This document shows, in pieces, positions 16,438-27,100 of a stretch of DNA of 64,000 nt. Made by a program: the position numbers and the translations under genes. Origin of the DNA: Candidatus Poseidoniales archaeon (lineage in GTDB: Archaea; Thermoplasmatota; Poseidoniia; Poseidoniales; Poseidoniaceae). Within the stretch, counting starts at the first letter, position 1. Every line of letters begins with the position of its first letter. The DNA lies in assembly GCA_038105035.1 (NCBI GenBank), contig JAYOBT010000004.1, positions 1,803 through 65,802 of the forward strand, written 5' to 3'. The notes beneath the pieces were generated by a model. The model was not told the DNA's origin, did not search any database, and saw nothing but the letters and a program-made list of their open reading frames with translations.

Positions 16438-19400
16438 ATGGAAGAACGCGCAGTATGGGGAAATCGGTTTCTGACACTGTGTTTGACGTTGCTTTTCGCA
16501 ATGCCACTCCTTGCACCACTTGCATCCGCTGACGGCATGACGACCTGCGATAGCGTCCCAGGGTTCAGCGATTGCGACGACTATGATTCAAGCGATGATG
16601 GAACACCGTTCCAACAAGATTGGATTCGTGGAACCTACGATTTTGATTTACAAGATACATCAACCATCCACATGACCTTGAGTTGGGCAGTTCGTGAATT
16701 CGATCGCAGTAAGGTTGGCCTCGATGATTCGACCACACAAGCTGCACTCGCAGCAGATGGTCTCGATGATGACGATGGAATTCCTGCAGACATGATTCGA
16801 ACCTACTTTGCTTACGATGACGGTACTGGAACAGTTGGTGACAAGATGCTGGTCGAGGTTGAAGACACCATCCATGACCTCCTTTCCAATGGTTTTGGTA
16901 CGGTCACAGCCATCAACACGCAGTACGATGGGATCTATACAGAAGCAGGTTCTTCCGAGGTATGCACAACCGATGCAACACAAGATTCAGTGTATGATTC
17001 TGGTTCAGGCGTTACGGAAAACAACGCCTTCGACCCACCAATTTGCTTCTCAACCATCGCAGAGATTGAGTTGTCAACGAGCACCTTCAACCTCCTTGAA
17101 AATTCAGACCTCGATCTTGAGCGAGCCTACCAAGGCCTCTTGATTATGGGTTCTGAACTGACGACACAATTCAGCGTGTTTGCTGAACCAGGTCATGCTT
17201 CTACTTTCTCCATCAGTCCTCCAGATTATGCAGCCATTGTTGGTGTTGACAGCAATGGCTCGATTCAACCATCAGCATGTCTACCAGCAGCTTGCGTTGG
17301 CCAGTGGACGGTCGACAACCTCAACGCTGGTGTAGGCGCCTCTCGCGTCGACCAGACCGTGAGTCTGACGATGGGCTACCGCAACACATCAACGACATCC
17401 ATTGTTGAACTCGATCCGAACGAAGAGGCGGTAACCCTCCATCTCAAGGTGGATTTGTTTGACGAACAAGCGGTTCAAATCGACTTTGTTGCGGGTATTA
17501 ACTATCTTGATACAACTACGATGGATAATTGGGGCATTTCGCTTGTTGAATTATCCAATCTTGCTACAATTCCTCAGATTACTTCCGATGGTATCCGTTT
17601 GGCGTATGAGAACGGCATTGCTCCACTCGACGACTTTACCGATCAATTCCCGGTCGCTTCGGTTGGGGATGCGTTTTCGGATTCCATACCGGGTGCACCT
17701 GATATTCAGATGGGCGACCTGACCTGGGTAAGCGATTCTGTTGCGGATGGTATCGAAGGGCCTGCTGGCGGTTTGAATTACAGCCACTCTGTTGGTTGTT
17801 CCGAAACAGTGACACCACCAGATACGATTTCGTATTGCATTCTGGGGTCGAGTGCGATGGGTTATGATCATCCAATTTACCTACGTTCAACGAGCAATAC
17901 CTTCGAACTTGGACTGCTTGATCTCATTCAGGAAAATCTTCCAGATTCGGAATTTGATTTGGATGGCGAGACGTACTCCGTAAGTGATTACTTCGACGTG
18001 ATTACCAATGAAGACCTTCGACGACTAATGGATGCCGGACTTTCGCTCGAAACGGTCCTTGATACAGGCTTCCTTGAAAGCATGATTCCGTCTGATCTTC
18101 CACCATCAAAGATCACACTTGAACTCATTTTACCGAGTTGGATTGAGACCATAGGCGGTGATGACCGTATCATCTTGGAACACTCCGAATCTGGTGAGAA
18201 CAGGAATGAGATTTCCATTGCAGGACCATCTCCTTACGCCTACAATCACCCAATCCTCAATGAAGACGGCCAAACCATTTGTTTGCAGACGCAGAAGACG
18301 TGTGTTTCCACATCGCTATCCATCGATTTTGATACGTTCGACATCAATGAGTGGACTAAATCGGTTTCCGTTGAATTTGGGCTTGAAGCGAATGCTGTTG
18401 TTCACCGAGTTGCTGTTCCTCAGGGATATTACGATGTCAATGATGACACAACAGTCCGAATGGAAGTGATTCCGAGTGACTTGATTCGACTTTTCGGGGA
18501 CATCATGAGTCGTACTGATAAACCAATCAAGATTGAACGATGTCTCGAACCAAGTACTGCTTTCAGTGATTGTCCTACCTCGCGCCAACTTGTTTTCGAA
18601 CTTACTTCAGACGGATTGATGCAATTTGGTACCGATGTTGGTGAACTTCTTACCAACGAAATACATCTTGCTGCGGAAGGACTTGAGGACATTGAAGAAG
18701 GGCCAGAATTTTCAGCTGTTGATATCGGGGATTTTTCTATCGAAACAAGTCTTGCAGGTCTTGGAACACCTGGTCCAATCGTATCGGATGAAGTTGGCCT
18801 GAGTGTGAGTCTCAAAATTCCAAAAGTTCGATTCACGTTGGCTGTATCGAGCCCGTGGGGAGATTTGTTGAGTGGTAATCCAGACTTGATTACGCTTTCA
18901 CTATTGACCGAGAACATCAATGGCGCCTTCCGTTCACCTCTCCTTCAACCGATGGTCATGATGGTCGATGAAATGTCGTCAATGATGGTAGCGAGCGTTG
19001 TCTCATCAGAAGGTGTAACCTTCCCTCCACTCGAACAAGAAGCCCTCACAGTTGAGACAGGATCTTGGGATACCACCATCCATGAAGAGACGGAATTTGA
19101 CCTCACTGGACCTGTTAGTTTCACCTTGCCAAAGGGCATCATTGCCAAGGAAGCCACATCTGCCCAAGGGAACATGATTGTGACAGAAGATGCGGAAGGT
19201 CGTCAAGTCATCACGTACACGATTCCACCCGATGGTCTTGATGATGAGGTGACACTTCGCTTGCAAGTCACGTGGTTGTATCTTCTTGGTCAGTTCTGGG
19301 CCTATCCGGCTGTTGTCGTCATCTTGTTGATTCTCTTGATACGGCGACGTCGAAAGAAGAAGAAGAAAAAGCGAGCTGCAAGAGAATCGAAGAATTCTCT

Positions 19401-19536
19401 GTACAAGGCTCAGAAGATGGGATTGTCCGAATCGGACTTCGCTCAAATGGCTGGATTGGTTGACCGTCAAGTCGGAGGATATGAGGAAGGCATCGACCCG
19501 TTTGAGGCGATGCAATATCCGCCTGAACAGCCTTAG
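16438..19536 (+). CDS. Large (1032 aa) secreted acidic protein with a C-terminal TM anchor; no recognisable domain
   Basis: Signal peptide FLTLCLTLLFAMPLLAPLASA. TM helix AYPAVVVILLILLI followed by RRRRKKKKKKR. Confidence 0.7.
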   Translation: MEERAVWGNRFLTLCLTLLFAMPLLAPLASADGMTTCDSVPGFSDCDDYDSSDDGTPFQQDWIRGTYDFDLQDTSTIHMTLSWAVREFDRSKVGLDDSTTQAALAADGLDDDDGIPADMIRTYFAYDDGTGTVGDKMLVEVEDTIHDLLSNGFGTVTAINTQYDGIYTEAGSSEVCTTDATQDSVYDSGSGVTENNAFDPPICFSTIAEIELSTSTFNLLENSDLDLERAYQGLLIMGSELTTQFSVFAEPGHASTFSISPPDYAAIVGVDSNGSIQPSACLPAACVGQWTVDNLNAGVGASRVDQTVSLTMGYRNTSTTSIVELDPNEEAVTLHLKVDLFDEQAVQIDFVAGINYLDTTTMDNWGISLVELSNLATIPQITSDGIRLAYENGIAPLDDFTDQFPVASVGDAFSDSIPGAPDIQMGDLTWVSDSVADGIEGPAGGLNYSHSVGCSETVTPPDTISYCILGSSAMGYDHPIYLRSTSNTFELGLLDLIQENLPDSEFDLDGETYSVSDYFDVITNEDLRRLMDAGLSLETVLDTGFLESMIPSDLPPSKITLELILPSWIETIGGDDRIILEHSESGENRNEISIAGPSPYAYNHPILNEDGQTICLQTQKTCVSTSLSIDFDTFDINEWTKSVSVEFGLEANAVVHRVAVPQGYYDVNDDTTVRMEVIPSDLIRLFGDIMSRTDKPIKIERCLEPSTAFSDCPTSRQLVFELTSDGLMQFGTDVGELLTNEIHLAAEGLEDIEEGPEFSAVDIGDFSIETSLAGLGTPGPIVSDEVGLSVSLKIPKVRFTLAVSSPWGDLLSGNPDLITLSLLTENINGAFRSPLLQPMVMMVDEMSSMMVASVVSSEGVTFPPLEQEALTVETGSWDTTIHEETEFDLTGPVSFTLPKGIIAKEATSAQGNMIVTEDAEGRQVITYTIPPDGLDDEVTLRLQVTWLYLLGQFWAYPAVVVILLILLIRRRRKKKKKKRAARESKNSLYKAQKMGLSESDFAQMAGLVDRQVGGYEEGIDPFEAMQYPPEQP

Positions 19537-21260
19537 CGATGTAGGCTTTCATGAATGCGCTCTGCAAGAGAGGGCCCAATACCTGGTACGGTTTTCAGAT
19601 CCTCGATGCTCGCATTGTTGATGCCCTGGCGACCGCCAAAATGGCGCAGGAGAGACTGTAATTTTTTAGCACCTAAGCCGAGAACGTTCTCAAGAGGATC
19701 GCCCAATCGACTCTTCTTCCTGCGCTTCCTATGGAATGTGTTGACAAACCGATGTGCCTCATCACGTGCATGAACAAAGACACGTCCTCGGCGGTCGAGA
19801 ACAATTGGGTCGTAGCCTTCTCGATGAAGTGTCTCTTCTCGTTTTGCTAATGCAGCGAGGATGAATCTGTCTTGAACGCCGTGCTCGTCAAGCATCGAAC
19901 GTATTGTTGTCAGATGGGTTTCTCCACCATCGAGAAGGAGTACATCTGGCCATTCTTCTTGTCGCTTCAACCATCGCTCGACAACTTCCCGCATCATGCG
20001 TAAATCATCCATGGCATCACCTTTGACAATGTATGTCCTGTACTCCTTCTTGGCTGGACGTCCATTTCGAAGAACAACACTTGCTCCTACGCGCTCATCG
20101 CCTTGCAATTGGGCCATATCGAAACAAACGACGTGATTCATCTGTTCCACATCGAGCAATCCTGCTGCTTCGTCAGCTGCTCGTTGTTCAAGCGAACCGC
20201 TCGATTTGTTTGCAAGTCTCGAGACTTGAATCTCTGCATTTTGATCAGCAAGCGTTCGCAGCGTAACCATGTCGCCACGCATCGGCGTTCGAACCTCGAC
20301 TGAAGCCCCTCGTCGTTCATCCAACCATTGTTGCAACCCATCGAGCAATGGTGTTGGGGTGAGGAGCAGGCGTGGAGGTCTACGGTGAACGTAATGCTCA
20401 CTGACGAAACGGCTTACCGTTTCACCGATGTCGCCTCGATGAACAAATGGCCAGACTTCCTGTCCCTTGACGACGCCATCATCGGCATGAAGAACGACAA
20501 GTGCGGCAAGATCGCCTTGTTCGGCAAATCCAATGGCATCACAATCACGATACAACTTGCTTGAAACAACATGCTGTCCGATGGTGGTACGAATTGAGCG
20601 AATAAGATCACGGTAATACCCTGCGCGCTCAAACTGCATATTGCTTGAACAAACATCCATCTTTTCCCCGAGTTCCTCCAAGAGTTCTGTCGCTTCACCA
20701 TCGAGAATTTTCTTCACAGCTCGAACTTGCTCAGCATAACCTTCGCCATTGATGCATGGCCCAGTGCAAAGGCCAATATGCATAGCAAGACATCCTTGTG
20801 GAAGCAGTTCTTTGCAGTCTCGAATTCCAAAATGCCTTCTCAAAAGTTGCATCACTTGCTTAGCAGCTCCCGCATTTGGAAACGGACCCCATCGATGGGC
20901 TTTCTTTGGTGGATGACGCGTGTACATGATGCGAGGGTATTCTTCGTTTGTCAACACCAAATACGGATACGATTTGTCATCCTTGAGCATGGAATTGAAT
21001 CGTGGTTTGTGTTCACGGATAAGTTGACGCTCGAGAATCAATGCTTCTTGAGGTGTGGTCGTAACAATACATTCCACATCATCTGCTCGAGCGACCAATT
21101 CGGGGATCATCTGTCGATCGGGATTTGTAGCAAAATACGAGCGAATACGTTCGTTCAATCGTGTCGCTTTGCCGACATACAACACTCTTCCTTCAGCGGT
21201 TTTGAACAGATAGACGCCGGGAGAGGCAGGCAAATCGATGGATGCTGCATCAACCGCCAT
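19533..21260 (-). CDS. uvrC: Excinuclease ABC subunit C
   Basis: GIY-YIG N-terminus (PGVYLFKTAEGRVLYVGKATRLNERIRSYF). UvrBC-binding and endonuclease V regions. C-terminal HhH (VPGIGPSLAERI). Confidence 0.95.
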   Translation of the reverse strand: MAVDAASIDLPASPGVYLFKTAEGRVLYVGKATRLNERIRSYFATNPDRQMIPELVARADDVECIVTTTPQEALILERQLIREHKPRFNSMLKDDKSYPYLVLTNEEYPRIMYTRHPPKKAHRWGPFPNAGAAKQVMQLLRRHFGIRDCKELLPQGCLAMHIGLCTGPCINGEGYAEQVRAVKKILDGEATELLEELGEKMDVCSSNMQFERAGYYRDLIRSIRTTIGQHVVSSKLYRDCDAIGFAEQGDLAALVVLHADDGVVKGQEVWPFVHRGDIGETVSRFVSEHYVHRRPPRLLLTPTPLLDGLQQWLDERRGASVEVRTPMRGDMVTLRTLADQNAEIQVSRLANKSSGSLEQRAADEAAGLLDVEQMNHVVCFDMAQLQGDERVGASVVLRNGRPAKKEYRTYIVKGDAMDDLRMMREVVERWLKRQEEWPDVLLLDGGETHLTTIRSMLDEHGVQDRFILAALAKREETLHREGYDPIVLDRRGRVFVHARDEAHRFVNTFHRKRRKKSRLGDPLENVLGLGAKKLQSLLRHFGGRQGINNASIEDLKTVPGIGPSLAERIHESLHR

Positions 21261-21363
21261 ATCGAATCCTTGCGTTCATAGGTCAAAAAAACCTGCATCG
21301 TCTCCGTTAACCAACAAGAGGACAACATCAAATGCAAGGCTGTCTAGTCAGGAATGAGTTCAG

Positions 21364-23547
21364 ATGCTGTCACCTGCCATGCTGCGTATTTTGCGTTGGT
21401 TGGATGAGCATCCAACGACGCTTGAAGGGGCATGGGATGTACCACGCAGCCTTTCGCTTGAAGGAATCGCAGACGGAATTGGCGTAGTACGCTCAGCATT
21501 GTTCCAGCCAATGACTGTGCTAGAACAAGAGGGATTCCTCCTGACTCGACAGGCTCACGTCATCGGTGGAGGGCGAAGAAAACGCAAAGTTGTCCACATC
21601 ACAGAATCAGGTCGAAATCAACTTCATTCACACACAGAAGACATTCCTGAACGTCGTGCACGCTCCTCCTCAAAACTGAAGGGACAACTTCCAGAATTCA
21701 CACATGTTCAAGGACGCCAATCCGAGATTGAGTTGATCTGCGATGCTCTCCAGAACAAGGTGCCCGTACACCTACGAGGAATGCCCGGTATTGGGAAATC
21801 AACGCTTGCTCGAAGGATTGCTGAAGATTTGATCGAGAAAGATCTGAATGTTCACTGGGTTCAACTCGATGCGTATTGTGATGTTCACGAAGCCATGCAA
21901 CGGATGGAAGTTGATGCCCCTCAGATTTTGGATGTTGAAGGATATGCATCCCTTCTTCAAGACGAGAAGGTAGTCGTGGTGTTTGACGATGTCCATAGCA
22001 TTTCATCGAGACACCAAGAATCATTTTCAAATCTTTTTCAGGCTTTGGAAAACAATTCGATATCCTTCATGTTGTTGGGACGGGATCGTGATAAATTTAC
22101 CATTGAAGGAACTTATGTCGAGTTGGGTCCACTTGAGCAGACCGATGCCATTGAATTACTCAATCCAGAACTTGGTGATGAGCGTGAGACGATTGTTGAA
22201 GCATTAGGAGGTCACCCTCTTGCCATTCTTCTCTACGACGCATCGACACCACTTCCTGAGACAAATCTTGACGTACGCGCATACGTCGAGCAAGTGGTCC
22301 TCGGTGAGGCCTCTTCAGAGGTTCATGATGCTATGTCGCCGTTCTTGGTCTTACCATTCCCAGTGCCTGCTGAACGAATGCCAGAACCGGACGATGTTTC
22401 CTTGCTCGATGAACACACCCTGCTTCGATGGGGCAACAAGGATATGGCGATGGAGATGCAGCATTTGATTCGTAACGTATGCAAGTCTTCTCTCGAAAAA
22501 TCGGAACTCGATGTTCTCCATCGTTCGGCCATCGCACATTGGGAAATACAGGAAGACGCTCTGGCATCGATTCTTGAATTGCATCACCGTATCCAGTGTG
22601 GTGAAACAGAAATATCGAGCCATCTTTCTTCTCGAGCAAACGAACTCATGCAATCCTATTCGGGTGCATTTGCGACGCTTCTCGATGAAGCACTGGTCCG
22701 TGATTCGAAAGACATCGAATTGATCGAACTCGCGTCACAACATGCTCTCAATCGCGCAGAGATTGATGTTGCAAAGGATTACATTCAGGGTCATGATTCT
22801 CCCAAACTCGTCAACATACGCATGCAGATTGCGCAGTTTGAGGGAAAGAAAGACCCCCTTCAAGATCTTGAAGCCATTCTTGATGAAATCCATAATGCAC
22901 AACAGAAGTTGCGCATTCAACTCTCTGTTCTTTCTCGTTGCATCGATGATCTTACACCTTCTTCCAGTGTTGATGATTATGAACGAATTGAACGGTTACT
23001 CAATCAAGTTGAACTCCCGGATGCTGAGAACGAGCGTCAGATGGTGTTGACGACTCTCGTCGTCATGCAGCACTCACTTGCGCTTGAACGAAAGGATTTC
23101 CAGGGTGCGGAATTCTTGCTCGAACAACTTCGAGGAATTGGGTCGACGGCCGACCCCCTTTTGCAGTACTTGGATATGAAGACGCAATTGAAATCGATTG
23201 CTGACAAACCGATGAAGGCTGCCCTCACGTTGAGAAACGCAGAGCTCACAGCAACACAATTGCAGCAGCCTTTGTACAAAACCTCGCTCTTGCTTCTTAT
23301 TTGTGAGCAGCTGGTGGATTCACAACTTCCGAGAGCGAAGACCCTCCATGCTCAAATCGACATCCATTCAATTGAAACGATTGAGCGCCCGTCAGCAAAA
23401 CGAGTTGTTGCAAAATGGTGGGAAGTGAAGTCGATGTTCGACGACCGCGAACGTGTAATGTCATTGCGTGAAGCCATTTTGCGCTATCGCTCGGTAGGTT
23501 GTCCAAACCGAGCACGTATGCTCTCAAGGCGTTTGCATTCGGTCTAA
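21364..23547 (+). CDS. Winged-helix + P-loop (STAND / archaeal-ATPase type) + helical-repeat putative regulator
   Basis: N-terminal wHTH-like segment (GIADGIGVVRSALFQPMTVLEQEGFL). Walker A GMPGIGKST and Walker B VVVFDDVH. About 400 aa helical C-terminus. Confidence 0.65.
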   Translation: MLSPAMLRILRWLDEHPTTLEGAWDVPRSLSLEGIADGIGVVRSALFQPMTVLEQEGFLLTRQAHVIGGGRRKRKVVHITESGRNQLHSHTEDIPERRARSSSKLKGQLPEFTHVQGRQSEIELICDALQNKVPVHLRGMPGIGKSTLARRIAEDLIEKDLNVHWVQLDAYCDVHEAMQRMEVDAPQILDVEGYASLLQDEKVVVVFDDVHSISSRHQESFSNLFQALENNSISFMLLGRDRDKFTIEGTYVELGPLEQTDAIELLNPELGDERETIVEALGGHPLAILLYDASTPLPETNLDVRAYVEQVVLGEASSEVHDAMSPFLVLPFPVPAERMPEPDDVSLLDEHTLLRWGNKDMAMEMQHLIRNVCKSSLEKSELDVLHRSAIAHWEIQEDALASILELHHRIQCGETEISSHLSSRANELMQSYSGAFATLLDEALVRDSKDIELIELASQHALNRAEIDVAKDYIQGHDSPKLVNIRMQIAQFEGKKDPLQDLEAILDEIHNAQQKLRIQLSVLSRCIDDLTPSSSVDDYERIERLLNQVELPDAENERQMVLTTLVVMQHSLALERKDFQGAEFLLEQLRGIGSTADPLLQYLDMKTQLKSIADKPMKAALTLRNAELTATQLQQPLYKTSLLLLICEQLVDSQLPRAKTLHAQIDIHSIETIERPSAKRVVAKWWEVKSMFDDRERVMSLREAILRYRSVGCPNRARMLSRRLHSV

Positions 23548-23548
23548 T

Positions 23549-23782
23549 CTACAACTCAGCACCAATCATGGTCTTCGTATCCTGAATGCCATCAAGGGGT
23601 CGTATTTCTTCGACAATGCATCGAGTAAGTGTAAATTCGTCATCTGCTTGAACGCGTGCCAGTAGATCAAATTCTCCAAACAGCATCCAACGGTCTGTAA
23701 CATGCTCGATACCATCGAGTGCGGTCCGAACGCGTTCTTCTTCGCCGGGCATGGTCGTGATCAAAACAAATCCTATCGCCAT
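23549..23782 (-). CDS. Stand-alone RAM (Lrp/AsnC ligand-binding) domain protein
   Basis: 77 aa. FVLITTMPG...FGEFDLLARV...IRPLDGIQDTKTMI matches the RAM beta-alpha-beta-beta-alpha-beta layout. Confidence 0.7.
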   Translation of the reverse strand: MAIGFVLITTMPGEEERVRTALDGIEHVTDRWMLFGEFDLLARVQADDEFTLTRCIVEEIRPLDGIQDTKTMIGAEL

Positions 23783-23791
23783 TCGTTCACC

Positions 23792-24025
23792 TCAATATTC
23801 GACTGCGATCAGCGTCTGTGTGTCTCGAATTCCCTCGATTGTTCTGAATTCTTTCATCAACAATGCAGTAAGTGTTTTTGCGGATTCGCTGCTGACGTGC
23901 GCTAGAAGATCAAATTCGCCATAGAGAGCGTGGACTTCCTTGACTGCAGTATGGGATGTCAATGCAAGGTAGACATCACGTTCATGCGACGGTTCGGTCT
24001 TTACAAGGACGAATGCTTCTGGCAC
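23792..24025 (-). CDS. Stand-alone RAM (Lrp/AsnC ligand-binding) domain protein, tandem paralogue
   Basis: 77 aa. FVLVKTEPS...YGEFDLLAHV...FRTIEGIRDTQTLI. GTG start. Confidence 0.68.
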   Translation of the reverse strand: MPEAFVLVKTEPSHERDVYLALTSHTAVKEVHALYGEFDLLAHVSSESAKTLTALLMKEFRTIEGIRDTQTLIAVEY

Positions 24026-24125
24026 GGAATATGCTTGAGCAGACGGGTTTTATCGCTTCGGGTCCTGATTGTTGCTTGCACAGGCGACGGGTGGCTTCAA
24101 ATGCTATCGCTTGGGAAGAGGAATC

Positions 24126-27100
24126 ATGGAGAAGAAGCAAACATTCCTTGCTTTGAGTTTGCTCTTGCTTCTCTTGTTCATGTCCATTTCTCCTGTGGTC
24201 CAACCCTTTGAGGTTGAGGGCGATGTTTCAGAAACTTCTGGAAGAGCGACCACAACGTGGTCTGGAACGGTGACATTGACCAGTGATTATTTTGTCAACG
24301 TACAGGATGAATTGCTCATTACTTCATGCACGAGTGTTGTCTTGTCTCCCGGAATCCGAATTTACGTTGATGGTCGATTGACAATTCAAGGGACATCGAC
24401 ATGCCCTGTTGTTCTCTCAAGTTCTTCCACGACCGGCGATCATGAAGGTATTCAGTTCAACAGTTCCTCCAATGGGCGTGGAAGTACTGTAAACCATCTT
24501 CATATCGAAGATGCCATTTATGGAATGACATTGTATGGTTCCAATCCTATTCTCAACAATGTGACGATTTTCAATCCAGATCGAGTCGGAATCGATATGT
24601 TTGGCAACTCTGCTCCAGTGATTCGGGATTTGCATGTTGAACAAGCAGGTCGAAATCTCCCATTCCAAAACGACTGGCGTTACGGCATTGGTTTGTCTGT
24701 TGGTGATGGTTCAACACCGATTGTCCAAGGTGCGTATTTCACGGACCATCTACTGCGCGGATTGAATCTCTGGGGTGCATCTGGTGGATTGTATCGAGAC
24801 ATCGTTATGGACAACATTTCAGGTTCCATTCTTAGTGAAGCAGCCGGCGTTTGGGTTGAGGACAGTGTTCCATTGTTCGAAGATTTGAGCATCGACAAGA
24901 GCGACACTGGAATCATTGTTCGCCACATTGATGATTCGGGTTACACCCGTGCAGTGTTTCGAGATGTTGAGATCAGTAACAGTATGTATCGTGGCGTATA
25001 TTTGGACAAGAACAATCATACCAATTACACAAATTATGAAACGGCTGATTTCACCAATCTAACCGTTCGCGGAACAGGATCCTCCGGAGCAACATCACCC
25101 GGCATTGCCTTTGCAGCGATTGAAATCAATGCCACTGGTGCTTGGATGGAAAACGTCCTTGTCGACGATGCCTCTTCTGTTGGTGTTCGCTTGTTCTTTG
25201 TCGATTCAACAACAACATTGCGAAACATGACGATTCGAGATGCAGGAGAGGCAGGTCAAGGTGCGCATTCTGCTGGATTGAGCATTCAAACGTCCTATTT
25301 TGCTGCTCATCTGGAAGAGATAGAAATCAGCGGATCACCTGGTCCAGGAATTCATTCATCGAGCGGAGGCTCCTTGCAAGGGCACGATTGGCACCTCCAC
25401 AACAACTCAGAACAAGGTCTGTACATCGATTCAGCTACCGTCGTCGTTGATGGATTATCCTCGTCGGACAATGGATTCTCCGCTGCCCATGTCTTCGATG
25501 CACGTTATGTCACATTCTCCAATGTGACATCAACGAACGATGGTTCTCTGGGTTCAAATGCCATGGAGCAAGCAGGTTTATCCTACCAGAAATCGAACGA
25601 TTTGGAAACAACATCAGGTGATGTGACCTGTATGAATTGTCACGTCGAAGCATCACAGGGCCATGGCGTCTACGTCATTGATTCCGTCGACCTCTGGCTT
25701 GATAATCTCTCAATTACAGACATCGATACAACTCTTCCTGCCATGTACGTCGACAACGGTGGCTTGACCTTGGGAACGCAAGGCGGGCGGTTCAATGTCA
25801 TAAACGCCAACATCGACCATGAATCACTGACACAACCGGCCTTGTACATCGAACAAGCAGCTGGAAATATCGACGGACTGACCCTCCAAGGCAATCACAA
25901 TGGAATCTACTGGGATGCAGATCACAACGGAAATTTTCCTTCGACATTGAGCAACACGGAATTTGTTGGTACAGACTGTCTCAAACTCGTCAACCATCCT
26001 GATCTTGGTGGTTATGGAAACACGATTGGAACGGATTGTACTGGACGGGTATGGATTGAAAATTCAGATGTCAATTTCTCGAATTTAGCTGATGCAAGTG
26101 GTGCTCACGTACTCGATTTGGACGCTTCATCTGTCTTGCATTTGCATCAACCAAACAATGTGGACTTGACAATGGCGAACATCCCATCAGGTGCCGTTAT
26201 AGACGTCGCTTGGGATGTCACTGTATGGGTTGTCAATAACCGTTCCAATGGTATTCCGAATGCCTATGCCAATGTGAGTTTCACGCAGTTTGAACCATCT
26301 GTTTCTGAGTTTACGAACGACCTTGGCGTTGTCGAGTTAACCGATTTCATCGGTCAACGATGGACCAATTCAGGGGCTTCAGCGATCAACGATGTCACCG
26401 TTGAATGCGGATACGACAGCGAAAGCAACACGACAACGGTAAGTTTCGATGGAGACAAAGTGATGTATTGTGTGCTCGAATTGGACAACCAACCTCCATT
26501 TTTGAATTGGACTTCACCGATGGATGGGGATGTGTTCCCCTCACAAGGACAAGTGCTGTTTGATGCTCAAGAGTCCTGGGATTTGGACGACGATCCTTTG
26601 ACGCTGACATGGACGTCTTCATTGGATGGTGTCATCTCATCGGCACAAAGCACGGCTCCATTTTCAGTGAATGATGGTGTATCTGGGATGACACTCAGCG
26701 ATGGTATTCATGACCTTACGTTGGAGGTTTGCGATGATGCTGGACATTGTGTTTCTGAGACGCGGACCATCGAATTAACCAATCTCGCACCAGAACTCAA
26801 CGTATCTTTTGTTCCAGGTTTAACACAATGGAACGAGCTCATCATGCCTCAAACGGGCACAGTTTCCATCAATACAACAGGAACCTTTGATCCAGAAGGC
26901 GATGACTTCGCTTGTCTCATCACATTTGGTGGTTACAATCGACAAGGTTCGGGATGGGGTAATCATTATGTCTGCCCAGAGTTGTTAACCTACACCTTCG
27001 ACCATTATGCGGATGACCCGCCAGCATCGTTCTTCTTGAATGTCGTTGCATTTGATGAAGTAGGAAATTCAGATACCTACACTGTTGAAGTCAAGTTGTA

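Noticed and set aside
19348-19380. Purine run encoding RRRRKKKKKKR, considered as a programmed frameshift or slippage site.
   Set aside because: The run is a mixed AAG/AAA/CGA tract with no long homopolymer (maximum A5). It sits just after the TM helix, where a poly-basic stop-transfer is expected, and the downstream frame continues normally.
21261-21363. The larger intergenic spacers (12131..12218, 21261..21363, 24026..24125, 50116..50224, 59176..59271), inspected for tRNA, small RNA or CRISPR-like repeats.
   Set aside because: None shows acceptor or T-arm complementarity, GTTC-type T-loops or direct repeats. All are divergent or unidirectional promoter regions of about 90-110 bp.
21364-23547. 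The STAND-type ATPase, considered as an antiviral Avs/NLR-like defence gene.
   Set aside because: The only extra module I can see is an N-terminal winged helix, with no nuclease, protease, TIR or Sir2-like effector. Neighbouring genes are regulatory or surface-related, so a transcription-regulator role is more parsimonious.
24051-24115. Direct repeat TATCGCTT at 24051 and 24105 in the spacer upstream of the beta-helix gene.
   Set aside because: It is a single 8-mer match within a 100-bp spacer, which is not improbable by chance, and there is no dyad symmetry. It is worth revisiting only if it is conserved in orthologous spacers.
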